Source: a virus
Lineage: Duplodnaviria; Caudoviricetes
DNA length: 41,804 nucleotides
Direction: 5' to 3' (one strand)
IMG/VR virus record: IMGVR_UViG_3300043411_000280
Location: 1-41,804 of that record
A program made the position numbers and the translations under genes. This document shows positions 27,247-36,563 of this stretch, one piece after another; within the stretch, counting starts at the first letter, position 1, and every line of letters starts with the position of its first letter. The notes below the pieces were generated by a model. It worked only from the letters and a program-made list of their open reading frames with translations, had not been told where the DNA came from and did not search any database.

Positions 27247-27301
27247 GGGCGGAACTCCTGAGTTGGCAGGATTTTCGCACCATTATTTGCTCAGGTCTAG
27301 C

Positions 27302-27874
27302 CTACGCCTCCAAACCGCCAAGTTCTTGCACCGTCAGCAGCAGCGACGGCGTGGCCGGACGGGTTGGCCCAGTCTGCGCTGCGGTCGTTTGCAGCGTCAC
27401 AGCGTCATTGTCTGTAGTCCAGTGAATCTGCACCAGATCGCCAGCATTCAGTGGCAAGATGAAGTTCTGACTTGGTACAAGGCGGCCAGGCGCACCACCA
27501 TGGCTGGCCGGTACAGAATACGAAAAGTTGCTGTTGGCAATGATTTCACCGTTCAACACACCCCACAAATCAAAGCTGTGCGCTTGGTTGTCCGAGTTTT
27601 GAATCTGCATCGATAGCTGAAACTCATACAAACCAGCACGGTCAACCTGAATGCTTGAGCTGCTCACGATTGACACACCACGAGAAACCGCGCTGTTGTT
27701 GAACGTCAGAGGCGTCGCGCCACCGTCCGTTTGGTCCTGCGTGCTGTAGAAGAACCCCAAGCGAGGCGCAAAGGCAAAGAACTGCTCGCTGCCATCTGGG
27801 TCTTTGAATCCGCACATGTCGCCAGTGTTCGAGTTATACAGAAACGGCAAGCACGGCTTTTGAAATGTTTTCAT
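27302..27874 (-). CDS. Virion protein with a C1q/TNF/BclA-like beta-sandwich (possible head fibre)
   Basis: FYSTQDQT..LTFN..GVSIV..I.V..AGLYEFQLS.Q..LNAGD.VQ..W..RPATPS; SD GGAG. Confidence 0.7.
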   Translation of the reverse strand: MKTFQKPCLPFLYNSNTGDMCGFKDPDGSEQFFAFAPRLGFFYSTQDQTDGGATPLTFNNSAVSRGVSIVSSSSIQVDRAGLYEFQLSMQIQNSDNQAHSFDLWGVLNGEIIANSNFSYSVPASHGGAPGRLVPSQNFILPLNAGDLVQIHWTTDNDAVTLQTTAAQTGPTRPATPSLLLTVQELGGLEA

Positions 27875-27888
27875 TTGATGCTCCAAGT

Positions 27889-27910
27889 AAAAAAGGCCCC
27901 GAAGGGCCTT
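27889..27910 (-). terminator. Rho-independent terminator after the capsid genes
   Basis: Minus strand AAGGCCC-TTCG-GGGCC-TTTTTT (cUUCGg tetraloop plus U6). Confidence 0.9.
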
Positions 27911-27911
27911 C

Positions 27912-28169
27912 TTAGATTACGTCGCCAGTTGCGTCAGGCTCCGTGGATTGCTCCTCGGGTACCGTCTCTGCAACAGGTTCTGCGGTCGCCTGCTTCTGCT
28001 TCTTTGACGCCTTGGTAGGCTTCTCAGTCGCTTCGGCTGGTGTTGATTCGGCAGCAGGCTCCTCGATTGGCACGAGACCGGCGATAGGTGGCTCTCCTTC
28101 AATTTCCACGATATCGCCGACACGCACTCGGAAACCCATGAAGCCAGGCTGTGTAGCGCGGTACTTCAT
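27912..28169 (-). CDS. Small post-capsid protein with a low-complexity tail
   Basis: MKYRATQPGFMG..VGDIVEI followed by an A/E/P/K-rich tail. Confidence 0.75.
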   Translation of the reverse strand: MKYRATQPGFMGFRVRVGDIVEIEGEPPIAGLVPIEEPAAESTPAEATEKPTKASKKQKQATAEPVAETVPEEQSTEPDATGDVI

Positions 28170-28178
28170 GGGCTAACC

Positions 28179-28646
28179 TTAGACAATGGTCGAACCAACA
28201 GCGTAGCTGCGTGGAGCGTCGATGCCGTTGGTGATGAACGCGTCAAACTTGCCAGCGGTCAGAGGACCAGAGGCAACGGTGTAACGCACACCAACGTAAC
28301 GCTCATACGAGCCAGCAGGCAACTTGGCCTTGCACAACACAGTGCCAGCAGGCGAGAAGGCTGCGAAAGCCAAAGCGCCGGTGCTGAAATGTGTAGTGGC
28401 AGAGGTTGCCAAGTCTTCGGTGCTGTCAGACTCCAAAGTCACGGTCAACGTAGCATCGCTGCTAGTGTCGGTCGCGGCAGTGTTGGTGATAACCACCAAG
28501 TACAAGTCTTCACCAGCGCCGAGGTCGCGGGTTGTGTTCGTGTTGACGCTGTTGCCTTGAGGCGCAGTGTCGATCACGTTTGTGCTGATGGCGGTCGAAG
28601 TGACCGCTTGTGCATCAGACAGCTCGAGTAATTTGTCGATGATCAT
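28179..28646 (-). CDS. Capsid cement/decoration protein (Bbp16-like)
   Basis: MIIDKLL..SDAQAVT..STNVID..D.G.G..RYV..Y.V..GP.TAGK; follows the major capsid gene. Confidence 0.88.
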   Translation of the reverse strand: MIIDKLLELSDAQAVTSTAISTNVIDTAPQGNSVNTNTTRDLGAGEDLYLVVITNTAATDTSSDATLTVTLESDSTEDLATSATTHFSTGALAFAAFSPAGTVLCKAKLPAGSYERYVGVRYTVASGPLTAGKFDAFITNGIDAPRSYAVGSTIV

Positions 28647-28659
28647 GATGAACTCCTGA

Positions 28660-29679
28660 TTAGCTGATTGCTGTTTCGTTGTTCAAGATCGAATCAACGC
28701 GACGGATTGGGATGCCCATGAACGACAAGTTGCCGCGCACTGGGTTGCCAAACTGGTCGGCTGCCTGCTCGATGGACAACGCGCCCGAAGACTTCTGCAA
28801 CGCCATAACGCGCAACAGAGAGAACACGGTGCGGTTCATGTAGAACACAGGCTTGCACATACCGAAGGCAGGGATGCGGTCGATCGCACGGCTCATCATC
28901 TTGATCAACTCGGTGCCGGCAGTAGACGCTTGCGTGTCAGACTGAGCAGCCAAGTGAGTGATGTTGATGTTGGCGATACGAGTCACATAGCGCCAGTCGC
29001 GCAGAGACATGCCGCACTTCCACTGGTAGTGGTCTTGGTACGCGCGGTACTTGCCACCAGCAGCGTCAGTCACAGTGTCCAAACCGAGGTCAGTGTGCTG
29101 CAAACCAGCAGTCGTGCCCTTTGGATAGATACCGTGAACGGTGTTGTCACCCCAACCAACCAAATACACCGAAGTCAAAGTGGCTGCGCCACCGGCTGAC
29201 AAGATGTTCTGGCCGTTTGCAGCGGACAAGCTAGAGTAGCGAACTGCCAAACCGGTGAAGGCTTCTGGCTCGTTTGTGCTGTTGCCGTAGAACAACGTGC
29301 TGGCCATCTCTTGGTTCATAGCTTCCAAGAAAGCCATGTTCTCAGACAGACGGAACTGCGCGGTGTTGCCGTTCAACTCGGCGAGGTCTTTGTCGACTTG
29401 GCCAAAGGCTTCCAACATGCCGGTGCTGTCGTCCACTTGCACGGTTGTGCTCTTGGATTGGGCAACGCCATAGTTCAGCTTGCGCCAAGCAACTTCTGGC
29501 AGACCAGTGCGCACGGTAGTGCGGTGGCCAGTGGGCAAGTTACCCTCGACCCACAACATGTCTTGAAGAATGTCGTTTGTCTGGTTGAGCAACTCAACGA
29601 TGGTGGATACGCGATCATCGGGATCACGGCGCTTTGCCCAATCGGCGAGCGTTAGCGCATTGTTTGCAAGGGTTGTCAT
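28660..29679 (-). CDS. Major capsid protein (BPP-1 Bbp17 / epsilon15-like)
   Basis: TLADWAKR.DP, IVELLNQTN.IL.D..W.EGN.PTGH.TTVRTGLP, DWRY..RIANI, GIPIR.VD. Confidence 0.95.
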   Translation of the reverse strand: MTTLANNALTLADWAKRRDPDDRVSTIVELLNQTNDILQDMLWVEGNLPTGHRTTVRTGLPEVAWRKLNYGVAQSKSTTVQVDDSTGMLEAFGQVDKDLAELNGNTAQFRLSENMAFLEAMNQEMASTLFYGNSTNEPEAFTGLAVRYSSLSAANGQNILSAGGAATLTSVYLVGWGDNTVHGIYPKGTTAGLQHTDLGLDTVTDAAGGKYRAYQDHYQWKCGMSLRDWRYVTRIANINITHLAAQSDTQASTAGTELIKMMSRAIDRIPAFGMCKPVFYMNRTVFSLLRVMALQKSSGALSIEQAADQFGNPVRGNLSFMGIPIRRVDSILNNETAIS

Positions 29680-29748
29680 TTAGACCTCCAAAGGGTTAAC
29701 GCCGGTCGGCGAATGGGCTGCAGCACACTCAAGCACCACAGTGCGCGA

Positions 29749-29788
29749 ATTCTATGCGCGATTTCACACGGTTTGCAACGTTGTCAAC
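29749..29788 (-). promoter_or_regulatory. Putative capsid promoter with an operator-like palindrome
   Basis: Minus strand TTGCAA (29778-29773), 18-bp spacer, TAGAAT (29754-29749); overlapping GTTGA-CAACGTT-GCAAA (29788-29772). Confidence 0.5.
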
Positions 29789-30037
29789 TCAAGCGATGCG
29801 AATAACCATGATCCCGTCCACCGTTCGCTTGGTCTGAAACGTCTCGCCATGACGCTTGGCACGACGACAAACCGCCTGCCGCACCATCTCAGGTGTACGC
29901 AGGCGGTCGGGAACGATGAAGTAATCGAGCGGACGCATGACGCCAAACGGGTAGCCAGCTCGAACAAAAAAGCCGTACCGGTTGAGCATGGGCACGCGCT
30001 CGCCCAACTGCTCCGGTAACGGCTTTGGGTTCGTCAC
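29789..30037 (-). CDS. Small basic phage protein (YPF..M..D.F.VP family, likely nucleic-acid binding)
   Basis: GTGA overlap with the scaffold stop; YPFGVMRPLDYFIVP..R.A..RR.KR.G..F..KR..DG..VIR. Confidence 0.7.
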   Translation of the reverse strand: MTNPKPLPEQLGERVPMLNRYGFFVRAGYPFGVMRPLDYFIVPDRLRTPEMVRQAVCRRAKRHGETFQTKRTVDGIMVIRIA

Positions 30038-30753
30038 TTGCTGGACGTGCCGCCGTACAGAATCTCAGCAGCTGACTTCTTGCCACCGGACTGCTGGCCA
30101 AGACCGGCAGCGTCGTGCTCGCCAAGGCCAGAGCCAATGGTGTGCAGCAGCTTGATGGTTTCAGCGTAGCCGATTTGGTCCTCAAGCGCGGTGATGATGT
30201 TGCCAGCCTTGTCGGAAGGCAGGAACTGACGCACAGCACGCTTGGCCAGCTCCATGTTCTCGTCGTGCTTTTGACCCCACTCGGTTTTCAAAGCGGTCTC
30301 TTCGGCACGGTTCTTGGTGTCCAAGGCTTGCAGGCGAGCTGTCTCAGCGGCCTCGGCGGCAGCAGCTTGTGCGCCTTGAAACTCATTCCACTTAGATGCC
30401 AAGGCGGTAGCCTGCTGAGGCAGCAAGCCGGCGTCCTTAAACCAAGCAGCAGCAGTCTTGGCAAACGCGCCATCGTCGCCATCAGGCACAGGAATCTCGT
30501 AGGCGTCCGCAGTCTCGGGTGCGCCAATGTTGCGGTAGAACTCAGCCCATTGCTCAGGCGTTGCGTCCTTGCCAGGCAAAGCAACGGAAGGCGGCGCGTC
30601 GTCACCAGCAGGTGGTTGTGCAGCAGCAGGGTCAGCGGCAGCAGGTGCGGCAGGCGCAGCGGCAGGAGCGTCGCCAGCCAACGAGGCAGCAGCGGACAAA
30701 GGTGCAGCGGGTGCTGCGGGTGTATCGGTTGGGGTTGCAGGAGCGTCAGACAT
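30034..30753 (-). CDS. Capsid scaffolding protein
   Basis: Ala/Pro-rich N-terminus, W..FY..IG.PE...Y, LKTEWG, C-terminal AEILYG; lies between portal and capsid genes. Confidence 0.85.
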   Translation of the reverse strand: MSDAPATPTDTPAAPAAPLSAAASLAGDAPAAAPAAPAAADPAAAQPPAGDDAPPSVALPGKDATPEQWAEFYRNIGAPETADAYEIPVPDGDDGAFAKTAAAWFKDAGLLPQQATALASKWNEFQGAQAAAAEAAETARLQALDTKNRAEETALKTEWGQKHDENMELAKRAVRQFLPSDKAGNIITALEDQIGYAETIKLLHTIGSGLGEHDAAGLGQQSGGKKSAAEILYGGTSSK

Positions 30754-31009
30754 TGTGGTTCTCTTTCAGTTTGAGCAATTGCTCGTCGGTTAGTTGCAGG
30801 GTTTCAGTAATACGCAGCCACACCTCGCGCCGACCCTCGGCAAGCACGGTGGCGTGCGTGTCTATTTTCCCATCTTTGCCGACCACCACGCAGGATGAAT
30901 CGGCACGACAGAACTCGCGCAAGTCGGCCAGCACAGTCATGCCAGCCTTCTCGCCAAACGCAGTGCGGTATGCATTGCGTCGATTCCAAAAACGTGTGAA
31001 CAGGTCCAC
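30746..31009 (-). CDS. Bbp19-like protein
   Basis: Y..AF...G..VLADL..FC..D...T...EGRREVWL.I. Confidence 0.8.
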   Translation of the reverse strand: MDLFTRFWNRRNAYRTAFGEKAGMTVLADLREFCRADSSCVVVGKDGKIDTHATVLAEGRREVWLRITETLQLTDEQLLKLKENHNV

Positions 31010-31012
31010 AGA

Positions 31013-32674
31013 TTACGCCCCGATGTTTGGAAGCATCTGATTCGGCGCAGCAGCCGCCAACGACTGAGCCTGAGCCAAGTCCTTCGCAGCACTGGCAGCG
31101 ATTGGCGCAGCTTGCAGCAGTTGCTGTTGCTGGTTTTGAGCCTGCTCGGCAGCATCGAGCTCGGCCATCTCGTCGTCGCTGTACATGATCTTTGCAGGCA
31201 CGCCGTTGACGTCGGCCAACACCTTCGCAGCCTCGCCCATGTTGAAACGACGGTACACGTTAGGGTCCACCTGAGCGATTGGAGCCAGCTGCTCGAACGT
31301 GCGCAGGATGGCCACACCTTCCTCGGCGCGACGGGCACGCTCCAAAGGCGACGTGTACTCAACCTCGAACAAGCCGCCAGAATCCAGCAGCTCGTCAGGG
31401 ATGGGTGGCAACTCACCGGCCATAGCCAGAATGTCCAACTCACGCTCGACCATTGGGTTCAAGAACTCGGACTCGATACGGCTGGCCGTCGGTGCCAACA
31501 GAGCGCCCTTCTCCTGCGCACGAAGCATTGCCTCGGTCGCTGTCATGTTGGGCGTGTCAACCAGAATCTGGAACAGCGTATTCCAAAACGCGTCGTTGAT
31601 GAGCGCACGCTTCTGGTCCATCATCTCCATGCCAATGTTCACGTTTTGACCAACGTCCATGGCTTGAATGAGCTGACGGCCATTGTCGTCAACACCGCCA
31701 TAGTTGATGGCCGCAGGCGTCAAACGGATGGCGTCCAAGATGCCGTCGCGATGAGCCAGCAAAGGTGGCAGCACTGCAAGCTGGGCAGCCTGAATCACGG
31801 TTCGATTCATCTCGTTGAGCATCTTCACGTCTGGCAAGATGATCTGCGCAGGACCACGGCCGTACACCTCACCAGACGACACAGCGTAGCGAGACACGGC
31901 ATAAGGCATCGAGCGGAAGCCGCCCTCGCTCACAATCTCGCGTGATTCGATGCACACGTAGTACGACGCGAACTTCATGCCCTTGAAATCACGACGCGAC
32001 ATGTCGGCATCTTCGCGAGGTTTGACGCAGTGCAAGAACCAGAACTCCTGCTCGGGTCGCTTCTCAGCAGCATCACGGATTTGTGATGGCAGGCGGTCCT
32101 TGCCAAACTTGCTGGCAGCCTGACGCGCCGTCATGGGGAACTCGCGGTGCACCAGATCGACGACGCCGTACTCGTTCTCCATGAAGAACAACTGCTCGAC
32201 AGGAACGGTGCGGTAGTAGATCGAGCGGCCAAGGCGGTCACCGATGAACATGCACATGTTGCCAAACGCACCAGAGTCGAAGTAGCACTCGTGGATTTGG
32301 TTGTCGAAGTTGCTGGAGTAACGCGCAGCAAACAGCCGCTTGTTCACGTCCTCAAGGTACTTCTTCACCTCTTGGTTCTCAGCCAGTTCGTCGTTTTGTG
32401 GACGCAGCGAATGCCACTGCTGATTGCGAGGCGTGACCAGCGAATGCATGGCCGCAGCAAAACGGTCCAGCGCCAACGCAGGCGCAGCGTCAAACACTTG
32501 GTCGGTGCGTCGGTCGCCCTTGGGGTCAGTGACGCGACCACGGTGACGCTTGAACTCGGCCTTGCGTGGAATGATTCGGTCGGCAATCTCTTGCCAGATG
32601 CGCTCGAAGTACACGCGCTGCTGACGCATGCGCTCGTGCTTGTCGAGAATGTCAGTTGCGCGTGAGTCCGCCAT
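31013..32674 (-). CDS. Portal (head-to-tail connector)
   Basis: WQEIADRIIP, YGRGPA..LPDVK.LN, MTATE...RAQEK..LL.P, VEYTSPL; 553 aa. Confidence 0.95.
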   Translation of the reverse strand: MADSRATDILDKHERMRQQRVYFERIWQEIADRIIPRKAEFKRHRGRVTDPKGDRRTDQVFDAAPALALDRFAAAMHSLVTPRNQQWHSLRPQNDELAENQEVKKYLEDVNKRLFAARYSSNFDNQIHECYFDSGAFGNMCMFIGDRLGRSIYYRTVPVEQLFFMENEYGVVDLVHREFPMTARQAASKFGKDRLPSQIRDAAEKRPEQEFWFLHCVKPREDADMSRRDFKGMKFASYYVCIESREIVSEGGFRSMPYAVSRYAVSSGEVYGRGPAQIILPDVKMLNEMNRTVIQAAQLAVLPPLLAHRDGILDAIRLTPAAINYGGVDDNGRQLIQAMDVGQNVNIGMEMMDQKRALINDAFWNTLFQILVDTPNMTATEAMLRAQEKGALLAPTASRIESEFLNPMVERELDILAMAGELPPIPDELLDSGGLFEVEYTSPLERARRAEEGVAILRTFEQLAPIAQVDPNVYRRFNMGEAAKVLADVNGVPAKIMYSDDEMAELDAAEQAQNQQQQLLQAAPIAASAAKDLAQAQSLAAAAPNQMLPNIGA

Positions 32675-32676
32675 GA

Positions 32677-33243
32677 TTACTGCCCCAGCAAAGATTTGGT
32701 AGCCACCGAGCCAGCAGGCACAGCGGAAATGGAAGGTTGAACAAGCATGGTCGCAGCACGGCCACGACGACGACGAAGACGATCAGCGCGGTCACGCTCG
32801 ATCAAGGCTTGGTTGCTGCGAACGTCAGCGGCAGAAGTTGCCTGCTCCTGAACAACGGCAGGCATCTCTGGGATTTTCGGCGCAGGGATGATCGCCTCCA
32901 TCACATCGCCAACAGCATCCTTTGTCACCTTGACAGCGCCCTTGGCCAAGTCAACCGGAACTTGTGCCGCCTTCTTAACCAAGTCAACGGTGCCAGTCGC
33001 CAAGTCTTTACCGGCAGAGACTGCACCTTTTACCGTGCTCTCAATCGCATTCAGCGACGCTTTGGGAATGTCAGTGGCAAGGTTGACCGCCGCCTTTGGA
33101 ATGTCGGTGACGGCAGTCACTACGGCCTTAGGCACTTCCTTGACCACATCGACGGCGGTATCAGCAACGTCAGACACAACATTGACACCAGCCTTAACGG
33201 TTTTCTTTGCAACCGCAACAGGATTAGGAACACCACCACCCAT
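32677..33243 (-). CDS. Pre-portal virion-associated protein with 11-residue amphipathic repeats
   Basis: MGGG start, hendecad repeats (AVTDIPKAAVN / LATDIPKASLN), RRRRGRAATML..KSLLGQ end. Confidence 0.8.
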   Translation of the reverse strand: MGGGVPNPVAVAKKTVKAGVNVVSDVADTAVDVVKEVPKAVVTAVTDIPKAAVNLATDIPKASLNAIESTVKGAVSAGKDLATGTVDLVKKAAQVPVDLAKGAVKVTKDAVGDVMEAIIPAPKIPEMPAVVQEQATSAADVRSNQALIERDRADRLRRRRGRAATMLVQPSISAVPAGSVATKSLLGQ

Positions 33244-33254
33244 AAGACACCTCG

Positions 33255-34754
33255 CTACAAAATTGAATAGTTCACTTCTGCATGCGTTTGCAGAACTCCG
33301 CCCAATTCTCGCACAGGGACCGCAAACGTCAAGGCCAGCGAGTCCGCACGGTCAGGCGACTTGATGCCCCGCTTCTTGGCATCGTCCTTCGATTCGAGCA
33401 GCAGCTCACCACCACGGTACTCGTACTGGAGCGCAGACAGCTCGGTGGCCAACTCGCCATCGTTCGGGATAGACGCGCCGTTCTTCAAGTACTCGCGCAT
33501 GTCGCGCCACATACGGGCACGCAAGTTGTAGTTCTGCCCATCGGACAGCCGGATGCTTGAATTCACATCGACCACCACGCCACGCGGAAAGTCGCGACGC
33601 AGCATGTCAGCCACGCCAGCACCGATGCCAATAGAGTCAACGGCAATCTGCGACACCTTGCCACCCCACGAATTGACGGCATCCTTGACGCGACCGGCCA
33701 CATCCACCACGTCGCACTGGCCAAACACAATAGGCGGGTAGACCACGCGACCCTGCCGAAACGTGATCACGGACTTGTCGTTGCCAAAGCGAGCCACGTC
33801 AACGCCCACCTGCAACGGACCAACAGCACGAACGTCGGCAGGACCACGGGCCATGGCAGCGGTCACGATATCGCCAGGAATGAAGGCATTGGCCACCGAC
33901 GCTGTGTAATCGCGGTCGATTTCCTGCGCAACGATCACAGGGTCCAGCGTCGCCTTTTGTTTGTCGTACCACGCTTGGTCCTTGCGCGGGTCATCCTTCC
34001 AATCGAACACGAACACAGGGATGCGGCCACCGTGACGCTTGCGATAGAACGGATTGCCTGCGCCGTTGGGCGTGGACACGTGCAGCTTGCAGTTGGATGT
34101 TTGCGACAAAGCCGCGTCCACCTGCTCAGGCCGCTCGATGAAGGCAGCCTCGTCCAGAAAATAGATCGACGTCCGGTTGCCACGACCAATGTTGTCGCCA
34201 GACTCACCAACAATGGTGCTGCCATTGACCGGATTCATGATGCGCATGGCAGGCGCGTGCAGCCGCTCGCTGTAGCCAGCAGGCCTGAACTCAGCAGGCA
34301 GCAGGTTGATGTACTGGCGCACCTTCCAAAACAACGACTTCGGATCGCCCAGCTTGTCGACGTATTCCTCCTTGCGCGAGCCAAAACCAATCACAGTGCC
34401 AGGCTTGAACAGCCACATCCACACGGCAACCGCCACACAAAGCCACGACGCGCCCATGTCGCGAGACTTCTCAACCAATCCATCCTCACGCCCAAGCCAA
34501 CGGTCAACTACCCACGTGACGAAGTCGGCCTGCTTCGGGAACAGCAGGAAAGGCGTCACAGCCTCAAAGCCACGCTCGACGTTACGCGGGTCAAACGTCA
34601 TGCCCCAATCGGTGATGAACTCAACCGGATGATCGGCATAGAACTGCATAAGGCCAGGCAAGATGGTCGGGTCAGCACGCAAACGCTTGACGCGCTCGAT
34701 GCGAGCCTCGAACACCGGCCCGTAGTTTGGATTGCGCCAGTCGAAGTCAGTCAT
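33255..34754 (-). CDS. terL: Terminase large subunit
   Basis: KSRDMGASW (Walker A), FLDEAAF (Walker B), STPNG, GVDVARFG.D, SPDRADSL. Confidence 0.95.
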   Translation of the reverse strand: MTDFDWRNPNYGPVFEARIERVKRLRADPTILPGLMQFYADHPVEFITDWGMTFDPRNVERGFEAVTPFLLFPKQADFVTWVVDRWLGREDGLVEKSRDMGASWLCVAVAVWMWLFKPGTVIGFGSRKEEYVDKLGDPKSLFWKVRQYINLLPAEFRPAGYSERLHAPAMRIMNPVNGSTIVGESGDNIGRGNRTSIYFLDEAAFIERPEQVDAALSQTSNCKLHVSTPNGAGNPFYRKRHGGRIPVFVFDWKDDPRKDQAWYDKQKATLDPVIVAQEIDRDYTASVANAFIPGDIVTAAMARGPADVRAVGPLQVGVDVARFGNDKSVITFRQGRVVYPPIVFGQCDVVDVAGRVKDAVNSWGGKVSQIAVDSIGIGAGVADMLRRDFPRGVVVDVNSSIRLSDGQNYNLRARMWRDMREYLKNGASIPNDGELATELSALQYEYRGGELLLESKDDAKKRGIKSPDRADSLALTFAVPVRELGGVLQTHAEVNYSIL

Positions 34755-34767
34755 TTAAAAACGTCGC

Positions 34768-35229
34768 TCATTGCGCACCGCCAAGCAAACGCTTGTACGC
34801 CTCGGACGGCTCCAGCACCACAGTGCCCTCGGTCTGAATCGGGCCACCACCAGAGCCGGTGTGCTCAAGCTCGACTTTTTCACGAAAGCCCATGCGCGAC
34901 TTTGACCACCAGATCAGCGCAGCCGTGTCACCGGCCAAGGCTTTCTGGGCCAAGGTCTGGCCAATCTTGCCGTTGATCTTGGATTTGCCAACCATCAACT
35001 CCTCACGGAAATGGGTGTACAACGAGTCGATCGAGATGCCACCCATGGCCACAGCAGCGATTTGCTCGATGGGCACGCCATAGCCAGACATGGCCTCAAC
35101 CTGCTTGCGGTCCTTGTCAGTTGGGACCAAAGCAGGGCGTCCAGCACCCTCACGAGCACCGCCAGTATTGGCCCGACGGCCACCACGGCTGCTGATTTTT
35201 GCTTTTAGTTTGGGTTTTTCATCAGTCAT
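34768..35229 (-). CDS. terS: Terminase small subunit
   Basis: GG.REGAGRP, HTH (GVPIEQIA..I...L..HF.EEL..G), GDTAALIWW.K, EHTG..GGPI; directly upstream of terL. Confidence 0.85.
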   Translation of the reverse strand: MTDEKPKLKAKISSRGGRRANTGGAREGAGRPALVPTDKDRKQVEAMSGYGVPIEQIAAVAMGGISIDSLYTHFREELMVGKSKINGKIGQTLAQKALAGDTAALIWWSKSRMGFREKVELEHTGSGGGPIQTEGTVVLEPSEAYKRLLGGAQ

Positions 35230-36550
35230 CACGATTCTCCAGTACAGCCTTTCGGCCAGTGTATGCCTCATAACGCGACACAATCACGTCGCAATAGCCA
35301 GGGTCCAGCTCGGACAAACGAGCACACATGCCAAGGCGCTCAGCGGCCATCAGCGTGGAACCAGAGCCACCAAACAGGTCGAGCACGATGTCGCCAGGAC
35401 GGGCAGAGTTGCGCAACATGCGCTCAATCAAGGCCACGGGCTTCATGGTCGGATGGCCATCGGACCGCTTGGGCTTTGATTCACGGATGACCGAAGGTAC
35501 CACTTCCTCGATGGTTGCGGAACCATCAATCACCATGACCGAGTCACCCACGCGGATTTCATAGCGGCCATCTTCACGACGCACGAACGGCATACGGTCC
35601 TGATCCAAGTCGATCATGGTCGTCAGCTTGCGGCCACCGTACCAGCGATGCGAGCTGCCAGGCTTCCAACCGTAGAGGATGGGCTCGTGCTGCCACTGGT
35701 AGTCGGACCGGCCAAGAACCAGTGAATCCTTCTTCCAAATCAAACAGCCGGACAACTTGAAGCCAGCAGCGGTGAAACCAGCGCGGAAGTTCAAGCCCTC
35801 AGTGTCGGCATGGGCCACGTAGATTGCAGCGCCAGGCTTCATGACGGCATAAGCGGTGGTCATGGCCGAGCAGATGAACTCGCGGAACTCCTTGTCGCTG
35901 AGGTCGTCGTTAGCAATTTTGCCAGCCTTGGTCTCATAGGCCACGTTGTAAGGTGGGTCCGTCCAGCAGCAGTCAGCCAGCTCGCCACGCATCAGGGCAT
36001 CAAGGTTGGCCATGGATGTGGAATCGCCGCAGACAAGGCGGTGTGGGCCAAGAATGTAGACGTCGCCCACCTTGGTCTTAGGCTCAGCAGGAACGTCACC
36101 CACGTCGTCAGCGTCCTTCTCAGGCTCCAAGTCCTCAACCATGCCGTCGATCTCCTCGAGCGAGAAGCCGGTGAGCGTCAGGTCGTAGCCCTCAGCTTTC
36201 AGGTCCGCCAGCTCAGCAGACAGCAAAGCCATGTCCCAGCCAGAATTCAAAGCGATCTTGTTGTCGGCCAAGATCAAGGCCTTGCGTTGGGCGTCTGACA
36301 AGCCGGTGAGGATGAGGACAGGTACCTCGGTCATCTTGAGCGCCAAGGCAGCTTGTAGACGACCGTGGCCAGCAATGATTCGGTCTTGCTCGTCGATGAG
36401 CAGCGGATTGGTAAACCCGAACTCGGTGATGGAGCGACACAGCTGCTCGACTTGCGACGCCGAATGCGTGCGTGCGTTTTTCTCATACGGCTTCAAGCCA
36501 GCGACAGGACGAAGCTGGTAGACGCCGAGGTTGGGTTGTGTTTGTTTCAT
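35222..36550 (-). CDS. ParB-N fused DNA methyltransferase (N6-A/N4-C, beta class)
   Basis: LKPYEKNARTH..FGFTNP..AGHGR..ADNK (ParB), then TDPPYN, HPTMKPVAL and LDLFGGSGST. Confidence 0.93.
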   Translation of the reverse strand: MKQTQPNLGVYQLRPVAGLKPYEKNARTHSASQVEQLCRSITEFGFTNPLLIDEQDRIIAGHGRLQAALALKMTEVPVLILTGLSDAQRKALILADNKIALNSGWDMALLSAELADLKAEGYDLTLTGFSLEEIDGMVEDLEPEKDADDVGDVPAEPKTKVGDVYILGPHRLVCGDSTSMANLDALMRGELADCCWTDPPYNVAYETKAGKIANDDLSDKEFREFICSAMTTAYAVMKPGAAIYVAHADTEGLNFRAGFTAAGFKLSGCLIWKKDSLVLGRSDYQWQHEPILYGWKPGSSHRWYGGRKLTTMIDLDQDRMPFVRREDGRYEIRVGDSVMVIDGSATIEEVVPSVIRESKPKRSDGHPTMKPVALIERMLRNSARPGDIVLDLFGGSGSTLMAAERLGMCARLSELDPGYCDVIVSRYEAYTGRKAVLENRDD

Positions 36551-36563
36551 TTTCTCTCCAAGT

